DNA from: Asterionella formosa
Taxonomy: Eukaryota
Length of the DNA: 38,109 bases
Assembly (NCBI GenBank): GCA_002256025.1
Contig: NKIB01015127.1
Coordinates: 1-38,109, forward strand
Direction of reading: 5' to 3'
Position 1 is the first letter of the stretch. Every line of letters begins with the position of its first letter. The notes below the pieces were generated by a model. It ran no database searches. It saw nothing but the letters and a program-made list of their open reading frames with translations, and was not told where the DNA came from. The translations under genes were made by a program, and so were the position numbers. This document shows, piece after piece, positions 10,811 to 20,581 of this stretch.

Positions 10811-11642
10811 GATAATTGGTCTGTCCCATGCAGTGTTGGTCCAACAATGATTGACCGACATTCCCATTTTTAAGAAGGACAAACTCTCCTCCATGAAGTG
10901 TACTAGTAGATTAAGCTTCTATAAATATAGAGTTCCTACTGTTGACTAGCTAGTGGTGCTTTAGCTGATTCTTGATTAGCAGCGAGCACCGCCTCTTCAT
11001 TAGCTATCATTCTGGATGAGATTTCTTGTAAACAAGCAGCTAGCCATTCACATGGTGAAGACAATGATGAGTCCTCAGAGATTCAGCCATCAAAAAAGGG
11101 GCCTGAAAGCCTCCTAAATTAGTCGACTACCGGTAGGAGATAAAATTGGGAAACTAAGACATTCGCATCTTCAAACATAATAAGCTAAATTGCTCACGTA
11201 GTCAACAAAACAATCAGTAGGGGATCAAAAATCCCATCGCTCCGCAACGACAAGTGTTGCATGAGAGGGAGTACAAGTGTACATCATAATAATTGACCGA
11301 TATGTTGTACTATCTCTTACACAAGAATAGAAAATGAAATCATTATAATACATGTAATACGCATCAGATTCTTTGCTTAAAATATATACCGGTATATGAT
11401 GAGAAAGGCGACCTCAATTACCGTATGCAGCAACAGCACCGCGACGAGCGATGGAATTTAAACCCCTCCCACTCATGTCTCTCCCCATTTGCAGTCTTTG
11501 ATGCTGGTCGCCGAGGTGAAAACAATTTCGAGCGGCGTCGCGACCTGATTGCATTGATCCTTTGTGCTCTACATCCTTCCAATAGCGATAGGCTTTCTAC
11601 TGTATGAATATTTCAACTTTTTACTGATACAATCCTTTCAAA

Positions 11643-14156
11643 ATGCCGCCGATGGCTCGGACAAACCGGGATGCTCCAGCCCCGTCAGTGGATGCCCTCG
11701 ATGACCTCAACCTTGATGACATGTTTGAGGGAGGCGATGATGGCTTGTTCGACGGACTTGATATGGATATGAATGACATAGGTGATATTACAGGGGAAAC
11801 CGCATTATCGCCTCCAAAGAAGAAGAGTAGCAAGGCTGGTGGCACAATTAACTATTCTGGTGCGGATCTAGATGCAGTTGACTTGGATTTGTTTGGGGAC
11901 ATTGGGGTTGACGATGGAGCGACTAATACTCATGTAGAAAGATCAACTACTACCACGTCCAAATCGAGAAAGGCGACTAAACGTAAAATCAAAACGCCAT
12001 CCCTTGACGACGATGATGACGACGACGAATATGATGCACAGCCCAACAAGAAGAAGCGAAAGGCTACCAAAATAACAGCAACGGCTGCGAGACCAAAGGG
12101 GAAGAAAACAAAAGGAGTCACACCTCCTGCCACAATCATAGACGTCCCACCAGTTGTCGATACTACTAAAGTCGATTCTACAAAAGTTGATGCTACAAAA
12201 CTCTTGAAGAAGAAAGCTAAAAGTGGAGCGCTTACATTCCAACGAAGTGGTTCCGACGGAAATGCATTTGTTGCTGCTGCTGGCCGCTTTGGCAGCCAGC
12301 AAAAGCGAGGAATATTCCCCCAGCTACCACGAGCGTCTTCGAAATCCAAGTTACCCCTAGGAAACCCTGGTCAGGAGGGTCAAGGCAATGTCAAGCTCGT
12401 CAAGGGGAAGAAGACAGCAATCGTACCGACACTTAACGAAGGCATTGTTACGACTATTTCCGCACCGAAACCCCCAAATCGTCGCGTAATCAATCAAATA
12501 GAATTATCCGCAGGGCAAAACCCAAGCCTTCTGGATACATTTTGTGGGTTGAGGCCTTCTAGCACTCTATTTTACCCGTTCATGCCTCAGATGCCGGCGG
12601 AAAATTCAATGAAGAAATGTCACAAGCAATATCCAATCATTGACAAGATACATTCTTCATTTGCGAGCCACTCTGCAACACCTAATGGAATACCTGATAC
12701 ATCCAGAGAAGACGATGCCATTTTCAAGCTCTTGACAAAGGAAATGGAGATCAACTCCATTCCTACGGTCGCCTTGGGTGCCTCTATTGCTGCTTGCCGC
12801 AAATCCATTATAGGAACCGAAAGACAAAAGCTGATCGGTGACTTTAAATGCATCTCCATTTTGTTGAAACGGCAACATGATTTCTTGTACACAAGTTTGC
12901 AAAATATGGAACGCTGGATTAAAGCGTCATTTTCAGCTAGTGATTATGCTCAGGTATATGGACCGGAATCGAGCAACACAATGGTGCCAAGCCCAATAAA
13001 CAAGAAATGGAAATCAAGTGGAATCTTGAGCTCTTTCTTGACGCCTGTAATTCGAGTCAGAATCAAATGCGAAGGTTTCCGGGAACCAAAAATGACTACT
13101 CCATTATTCGCTCAGTTATACACCCCTCCTAAACCTCCAGTCATTGTAAAATCCGACCCGGTTCGACCAACCAAAAAGAGGAAGCCCATTGTAGAGGTGG
13201 AAAAACAAGTTCCCCCTCAAGTAGATATTTTTAAGCTCCCAAAATATGCCTTGATGACACCTTCTCAGCGACGTGTCCAAATCCAGGAAGCGTTGACTCG
13301 ACGTGCTCATCAGCTTGAAGCCAAACATATTGAAACAGAGGAAAATCGCCATAAAAGTCTTGAGCGAAGACAAACAATTCTGAAGAAGGTGGTGGAAGAT
13401 GACGATTTGTTGGTCATCAACACAATGACCCTATGGAAATGGACTGACAAGGCATTGTACTTTTCTGATATTACTGCTGACGATGTTCAATACGTCATGC
13501 AACATGCAAAGCAGCCAGAGCGCGATGAAAAAGATCTTTTATGGGAAGAAAATAGTATTAGAAAGTCCAACAAGGGCCACACCAAGTCTTTAGTTGCAAG
13601 TTATGCAACAAAGGACGAGGAAGGCGACGCATCGATTTCGCCTGGGTCGCTGTTCGATCGGATGACATCGTTGCTCGTTGAAGAGGGATCCGGCGATGAA
13701 GACGAAAGTGACGACTCCTCTTTGGAGGGATGGGAGGATGAAGAAAACAAAATCGATTCTGAGACAGTGATTGATTTGAGTAACTTTAGCCTTGAAGAGC
13801 GGGCCTTTATTCATCTCCGATCAGCCGGGCTAATCGACGAGTCTTGTCCTCCTCGAACAAACCCAGCCATAATCGAGGATGACACACTAGAAGAGCCCAA
13901 TGACTTTGATAGCGTGATTGCAGCCATCAAGGCAGACCTTCTAAAAATACAAAAAGTGAACAACTCTCGCGCAGTTTTGTTGGAAACAACAGCGATGGCT
14001 CAAATAGAGGTAAGCAACGAAATGAAGTCAAGGGACGAGCACAACAATAATGTAATTGCCAAATACAACCAACTCCTCAAGAGACAGAAGGAAAATAAGA
14101 AAAATGTACGCCAACGTGGCCCTAAACGTGCTGACGAAGAGTGGATGCCATGGTAG
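11643..14156 (+). CDS. 837-aa nuclear protein with low-complexity acidic/basic N-terminus and an ADA3/NGG1-like C-terminal region (putative SAGA/ATAC subunit)
   Basis: Long intact ORF with several NLS-like K/R clusters. SLFDRMTSLLVEE, FSLEERAFIHLRSAGLID and a following coiled coil (DSVIAAIKADLLKIQKVNNSR) resemble conserved ADA3 blocks. The ORF is solid; the ADA3 call is tentative. Confidence 0.6.
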   Translation: MPPMARTNRDAPAPSVDALDDLNLDDMFEGGDDGLFDGLDMDMNDIGDITGETALSPPKKKSSKAGGTINYSGADLDAVDLDLFGDIGVDDGATNTHVERSTTTTSKSRKATKRKIKTPSLDDDDDDDEYDAQPNKKKRKATKITATAARPKGKKTKGVTPPATIIDVPPVVDTTKVDSTKVDATKLLKKKAKSGALTFQRSGSDGNAFVAAAGRFGSQQKRGIFPQLPRASSKSKLPLGNPGQEGQGNVKLVKGKKTAIVPTLNEGIVTTISAPKPPNRRVINQIELSAGQNPSLLDTFCGLRPSSTLFYPFMPQMPAENSMKKCHKQYPIIDKIHSSFASHSATPNGIPDTSREDDAIFKLLTKEMEINSIPTVALGASIAACRKSIIGTERQKLIGDFKCISILLKRQHDFLYTSLQNMERWIKASFSASDYAQVYGPESSNTMVPSPINKKWKSSGILSSFLTPVIRVRIKCEGFREPKMTTPLFAQLYTPPKPPVIVKSDPVRPTKKRKPIVEVEKQVPPQVDIFKLPKYALMTPSQRRVQIQEALTRRAHQLEAKHIETEENRHKSLERRQTILKKVVEDDDLLVINTMTLWKWTDKALYFSDITADDVQYVMQHAKQPERDEKDLLWEENSIRKSNKGHTKSLVASYATKDEEGDASISPGSLFDRMTSLLVEEGSGDEDESDDSSLEGWEDEENKIDSETVIDLSNFSLEERAFIHLRSAGLIDESCPPRTNPAIIEDDTLEEPNDFDSVIAAIKADLLKIQKVNNSRAVLLETTAMAQIEVSNEMKSRDEHNNNVIAKYNQLLKRQKENKKNVRQRGPKRADEEWMPW

Positions 14157-14266
14157 GTACATTCCTCAAATTGCGTGATGTCTACAGTGTACAGGAAGCA
14201 GCAAGCCAGCATGGAGAAAGGTAAAAAGTTCGGGGTGAGAGAATAATTGTTTAGCAAAGCTGCAGC

Positions 14267-17200
14267 TTAGTCAGCATCCTCTTGACGACCGCCAACCCCG
14301 TCGCTATAGTCAAGTGGCCATGTTGGTCGTCCAACAACAACATGTCTTTCCCTTGCTGACCTGAGGTCTTTTGCATCGTGTAGTGCCTTTGCTCTTGCCG
14401 CCCTCCTCGGAGATTCGACATGCTGCTTCGACAGTGACCGTGATTGTTCTGAGTTGTTAGTCTCCTCTTGTGATAATGCGCATTTATTGTATAGCCTTGT
14501 TTTCTGGATGCGGCTGAGCAGCCTTCTTCCTATGATACCTGCAGCTGACCTCGATAGATGCTGGTTAAAATTCAAACATTGGCCAGATTGAATGCACGCG
14601 GGACAACCACCATCGTAGTCAGTGGATTCCCGGTTTCGTTGACATGATGGGCAATTCGTCAGTATGTCTATGGCAGCTTGAAGAAGACCACTAGGCCGAA
14701 ACAGGCACTTCCATAGAAGCGCGGTGGTTCCTGCGCCGCCTGCCCTCACATCAAAAATCAGTATGCGAGAACTCTGCGACTGATACGAGTTGTGGTCGCA
14801 GTTGATTTCAGAACTCGTGCAGGGCACAAAGAGTGGAGCAACAGCAAGCAATGCATGGCTCAATGCATGGATCCCGGCGTCATAATCTTCCACTCGGCTC
14901 CTCAAAGCCATTGCTTCTGTATCAAGCCAAAATGCAAACGTATCCCATTCCATGGGTGGCATCGAAAGCTCATGCCGAGATATCTCAACCCTAGTAACAG
15001 ACGACAATTTCTGGAATCCAGTGACCCGACGACAGATGGAAACTACGCCGTTCCCACCAAGAGATCTCAGCGATTCATCATGTTCAGGCCGTTTCTTAGC
15101 ACTTTCTTTGTCCTTGTCATTCAACGAGAACGGGACTGGGGTATCTTCATAATCGAGCCGCTCCAATTGCTTGATAACCGTTATCTTTGTGGAAGCTAGC
15201 GGTCTTGTTGAATATCGAGCGTTTGTTGGTTTCGCGTATGCTACAAGGTTGTTGGCGCCACATCGAAATCCATTGCAACATTCTACAAAAGCAGGCGGGC
15301 GCGTCATGGACTGAACTTTGTATTTTCGACCACGATGCATAATGATCGCTCCAGGAAACGCATGATAAAATACTCTTGAGTATGGAATTATGTCCATGAC
15401 GGCTCGTTCGTCCTTGATACCATCCATTTGTGAACCTTGAAGGGGATGGGAAAGATTCACAATTTTATAGTTAACTGGTTCGATAGAACGCAACGAAACT
15501 TTACTCCAAGGCATTTCGACAAACTATGAAACAAAAGATTCAAAACGATGTCAGGGATTGAAGGCAAAATGTGCACTCATCAGGAATCACTTCAAATCAA
15601 CTTACCGGGTGCGTTTTGAAAGTCACAATGTTTCCAGACGCGGTTTGTTGACTCACTTCTTTCATTAAGCCCGTTGACTTCAAACTCGCAATAGCCTCCA
15701 CGAAAACAGCTTGCGAACCAAAAAGTTCGTAGTCAGTTAAAGCAATAGTAGAATCCTTGTTTCGAATTGTTTCAAAAAGTATAGTCACCGGAAACTGTCC
15801 AGTCAATGGATATTCGGCACCAGCGCAAAGTAGATGCTCCCGCACGAGACTAGCATTTATTGGTATCGATATTGGGAATGAAAGTCCCCTGCTCAATAAG
15901 TTCCTTGGATAGCTCCATAAATGTTGCTCTGATGGCGAATTAAAACTTACAATGACCGCCAGTGACGGAACATGCAATTTTCCCGCCCCTCGACCGGCAC
16001 GACCGGCTTGCTGAAGGAGAGAAGCGAATGATGTTGGATACCCACAATGAAGTGTGAGATCGATTCCACCAATATCAACACCAAGTTCTAGTGCCGAAGT
16101 CCCAACAACTCCTGTCAACTCGCCATTAAAGAGGCGCTGCTCAATCATTCTTCTAGTTTCTACTGTATATCCGCCTCTGTATGACTCGACTTTCTTGACT
16201 AGGGCGACTGTAGCTGGATCAGAATTAAGAGCTTGTATTGTCCTTTCGTACACCCACTCAACAAGGCTCCTAGTTTTACAGAAAGCAATGCAACGAACGC
16301 TACTGGCAACAGCTCTTGCCAAGAGAAGAGCAGTTTCGTCGGCGGAATGACGCCGTTGGAATTGCATCTCACCGTTAGAACTGTTGCCAGTGATAGTGGA
16401 ATGCTTTGCCTCTGTGTAATCAATCCCTCCTTCGCCCAAAAGAACGATACCGTCCACTTCTTGTAAGTTCTGTAGTGATGAATTTGCTTTGTCCACATTT
16501 TTAGTCTCCACAACTTCGCAGCTTTTGCTCTTTGAATTCGGTGCCATGACTCTACCCGTGCTGACACCGTTGGCACTCATGATTGGTGGGTTCCATACAA
16601 AAAAATGCTTCGAAGCGCGAGGTGATCCATCATCATTTTGGGTCAAGACCGTTACGGGCGATGATAAGGCGATTGGACAAATCATTCGAAAGTGCTGCTC
16701 GGGATTTGACATTGTTGCCGAACATGCGATGAAGGTTGGCATTCTCGATTTGTTACTTGACCCGGCGCAGACTGCGCAAATGCGAACCAGTCTCGCTAGC
16801 ACCATTGCTATATGCGCCCCAAAAACTCCATCGTACATGTGAGCTTCATCAATCACGATATATTTTATTGTCCCTAAAAGATTCTTATAGATACCCTTCC
16901 AGCCCGGTAATATTGCTGCATGAAGAGTATCAGGATTCGTCAAAATTATGTTGCAGTTCTTTGCAATGCTTGACCTATCAGGATGCGAGACATCGCCATC
17001 AATAATACCAGGTTTCACTTTGTCGCGGAGTTTTGGATTCTCCGCGATCATATCTGTCAATTTCGACATTTGATCCTGGGCGAGCGCTTTAGTTGGGAAC
17101 AAGAGCAGAGATGTCTCACGGTTCGTCATTGCCGCTACCATAACTGGGATTAGGAAACAAAGGGACTTTCCCGACCCAGTACCAGTACAGACAAGTGTAT

Positions 17201-18164
17201 GTATATCTTTCATTGCCGACTCGATAGCGGCAGCTTGATGATTGTAAAGTTTTCTATGGTTCCTGAAAATACTTTCGGAATTACCATGTCGCTCCAAATT
17301 GAATGCGTCCAATAGTGTTGCGGGTACGTTCGCCAAAATCTCAGAGGAAAGGGTACAATATACCGCTTTTCGATGTAAGTTAGAGCCAGCGTAGGCTGCC
17401 TGTTTTGGAAGCACATGTTGCACGGTGAGTCCTGTAGAATCGATGTCACGCGATTTATTCTGATTCACAAGTTTGAACTGAAACATGTCATGCAAAGCAT
17501 GCCTAGCCTCCTTTTCGATTTCTGACACGGCGCAGTCACCTTCGTGACCGGAGTGAAACTCATTCTCTTGGTAAGCAACAACGTAGTTCCTTGGAGGAGA
17601 CTCAAGTTCGGGATTATAAGGTGCAATATTTTCCTCTACAATATTAACAGTTGTCCCCGCAGCAAGACATAAAGCTCCAGGACTCTCCTTTAAACTTCGC
17701 TTCAACGCTGCTAATCTGCGTTTAGCTGCAGACTTGGTGCTCGCATGTAAAGTACCAACTGCTTTCGAGTTCTGCTGCAATTCAGGAGATAGTTGCATTG
17801 AAGGGGGTGAAGGAAAACCAATTTTGACATAGGCACCAGTAACAGTAGCTTTGGACATTTCACCGTCCAGTTGTAAGATCCCACGCTGTGCTATTTCCGG
17901 AATACTTTCAAGAATTTGTTGACTCATTGAAGGAGACCCAGGTATCGCCCCCAGTAGCATATCGAGTGGCACCAAAGGCTTCCCAGTGGCTTTCGTGAGA
18001 AACTGGAGAATAGAATCCAATCTCAGAAGCGACTGAATTAGGGCATGCTGGTCGGAGATCTTAAAATCAAATGCACCCTTATCCGAAACGCGAGCACGCT
18101 TCCTAGGAGATGTTTGAGGCTCCTTCGAATCAGCATTCTGGGAGCGTTGCTCAGAAATATCCAT
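14267..18164 (-). CDS. HRQ1: Hrq1/MrfA-type SF2 DEAH helicase with C-terminal DUF1998 Zn-binding domain; exons 18164-15606 and 15523-14267 (about 1271 aa)
   Basis: Motifs LYNHQ, TGTGSGKS, FPTKALAQDQ, TNPDTLH, DEAH, SAT, YRGGY, TSALELGVDIG and QQAGRAGR are present. The C-terminus has HALSHAL, IFDVRAGGAG, CPSC and GCPAC. An 82-nt GTAAGT...TAG intron (15605-15524) joins the two ORFs in frame (HP|FVEMPW). Confidence 0.92.
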
Positions 18165-18225
18165 CGCTTTGTTGAAATCCCAAGATATTTTGCATCAAAA
18201 ATGACTGATCTAATACAGCTGAAGT

Positions 18226-18740
18226 AGCCATTCCCGCTCCAGCTATCGTCTTGCCATTCGGGTACTTCTAAGTAATTTTTTCGCTCTAAGTAATTTCTTA
18301 AGTAATTTTTTTGGGGGGCAATATGGGGCACATCGAATTTTTCGGGATCAAAATTGCCGATTTTAGGATGACAGCCAGAATAATGGTAAATGTTGGTTTT
18401 TTCAATTGGTCAAAGAACACCTCGAACACATGTATACTCGCAGGCATGAGACCACATCGGGCGTGTATTACCTTCAGCAATTCTGCCTTGATCATGACGA
18501 AAGTAATGGACTGAATTTCCACGAAAATGGTCAATGAACCATTACTATTTCGCACACATATCTAGCCTAACATAGATGAGGTAATTTTTCAACCACAAAA
18601 ATTTTTGCAACAATGTTGACAACAAAAATTTGAAATTGCCGTTATAACTTGTTCTTGTCATTGTTTTCTCAGTTTTGATGATTTCGAACAAAAACGAGAC
18701 ATCCTTGACTCCAAGGTGACTAGCTTGATAGCTTCTGTTA
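18226..18740. repeat. Longest copy of the unclassified dispersed repeat family, including one apparent terminus
   Basis: 18226-18370 matches 35575-35672 and 36526-36660. 18487-18740 aligns throughout with 37849-38109 and more weakly with 3650-3830 and 36140-36330. It contains three TAAGTAATTT units. Confidence 0.85.
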
Positions 18741-19853
18741 GATAATTACTTCTATATTCTTTAGAAATAGAAGAGAAAGCTTGAGCAATAGAAATCTCGG
18801 CGAGGGTGCAACATCTCAAAATGCAAGAAAATGCCTCAAAGTATAATTTTGTACTGAGTTTCATGTACGTACTAATTGTCGTGCTTCATATTTCTATGGA
18901 ATCTTGATGAGGTCATTTGCAGTGTAATATAGAGGACATACATAGAGACATTCAAGCTTATACTGCTTGTTCTTTACGCAAATAGAAAATTTGAATCATA
19001 CAAATAGTCATGAATTCCCCTGACTGACGTTTTGTTTTATTTTCGGACACTTTTATGCAAAAACTGCTTTCTTTCCACACACCTCCCAAAGTCCGCCCAC
19101 CCCGGTTATTGGCTGATACACTTGAAGGAGCTGTCGTTGTACCACTAAAAGCATATGTACCTGCCCCTTTCCGAATGGAATGTACACCTAGTATGATATT
19201 AAGTTTGACGCCAAGTTCAAGTAGCTAGATAGCACATCCATGTGCTTTTCTAGCACACATTGTGGGATATCCCCAAATCTTTCCTCTTGCTTGGGACTTG
19301 GGAATATCATACCATGATTGCCATCCTGGAAAAGTTGTTTGAAGCACAACAGGTACTCTGTAACAACAGTCACACAGCACACAGGATAAATGTCAGGGTT
19401 TGTAAAAAAGGTGAGGATGCCAGTTCCTTGATCCTGCAGGGTCATTCTTACCTTACCTACAATATGAAAATGACATTCCAAATGCATCAGCCCTTGACAT
19501 GAGATACTTCAAGCACACACAGATATTTACTCCCCTACACATCAAATTCCAGATCAGTGATATGAAAGCACAAGACCAAAAATACCATCATGTGACCTTT
19601 TCTCAAGTAGCCATATCATCAATTCTTCATTGACCTCGAAAGTAATTTCTTGCTTGCCCATTTCCACAGAATCAAGGCCTTCCTGTGCAGACAGCCTTTG
19701 ACACTATGCGCATGACTCATTCCATGTACTTGTCCACATTCTCTGAAAATTCATAACTTGCCCTGAACATGTGGCGCTTGAACAGGCTATTCAAGATTGA
19801 TCGCTTGTTCCTATAAACTTTTCCCTTCAAAGGCATAGCTACCATGATTCTTC

Positions 19854-20581
19854 TTAGTTGGTTCTCAGCACGCCTTCATAGGTGGCGGGTTCAAGTCCTG
19901 CATTCTCCACCTGTCTTTCCTTTCATTTAGTCCCTAGGGTTCCGGGGATGTGGCTAATGAATTAAAAAAGACAGGTTCTCATTGTATAATACAGATGATT
20001 AAAACCAGTACAGATCCCGTGCACCAGCGCCTGAAGCTACCACATTTTTTCGGATGCTCCTGGGTTGGTAAGTAAGTACATACATACATGAACATCAGGG
20101 CTGTCAGCAGCACCAAGAAGCGCTATGCGGTCTACCCTTCTAGCAAATGAGTAGTCTTAAAGCGCTTAAAGATGGTAATCTGTTTTATAGCCCATTCTCA
20201 CTCCCCTATTTCTAGGCAAGTATTTTAATGTGCTACTAGCAGTATCCTCCAACAAGGCCTGTGCTTCCCTAGTTTTGTTAGCGTAGGTGAGTCCTCAACC
20301 ACATTCTGCGAAAGGTGATTGTCTCAGCCGCAGTATTAGCTAGGGGAAACTCCGACCGCCTAGGAAGGCGGCACAAGCTGCATGTAGGGGGGCAATCCAC
20401 TTTTTCTTGCGCACCAGCCAAGACCGTGCAGGTTGGTAAGGATTGTGGGAGTTGAACCAACAATTGCTTCTCAAAAAAATTGCTGGAATCGAACCTCACA
20501 ACCTTAGATCAAAGGCAACATTCTAAACCACTAAGCCATTCCCTTGTCTTAAAGCGCTTAATATAAGTGAGGTTAAATTAT
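19854..20581 (+). mobile_element. Putative SINE copy 2, 5'-truncated and carrying a nested insertion
   Basis: It has B-box-like GGTTCAAGTCC (19888-19898), head end ATTCTCCA and a hairpin with a perfect 10-bp stem ACCTGTCTTT/AAAGACAGGT (19909-19976). Its 3' tail resembles the copy 1 tail. It is flanked by ATTCTTC at 19847-19853 and 20582-20588. Confidence 0.7.
20170..20545 (-). mobile_element. Putative SINE copy 3 (same 5' head, different body), nested in the tail of copy 2
   Basis: The minus strand begins AAGGGAATGGCTTAGTGG, with a perfect B box GGTTCGATTCC (20495-20485), a second B-box-like GGTTCAACTCC and a tRNA-like end TCCTTACCA. A perfect 16-bp direct repeat GTCTTAAAGCGCTTAA lies at 20154-20169 and 20546-20561. 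Confidence 0.75.

Noticed and set aside
11930..17449. Numerous 60-140 aa ORFs overlapping or antisense to the long CDSs
   Set aside because: These are shadow or alternative frames of real genes with no independent motifs. The same holds for those within 21902-26422 and 29627-30270.
20012..20400. Self-cleaving ribozyme (hammerhead or twister) in the SINE-like bodies
   Set aside because: Only partial motifs were found (CTGATGT rather than CTGATGA; TAATACTGC without the twister loop AAGC). The required helices could not be built.
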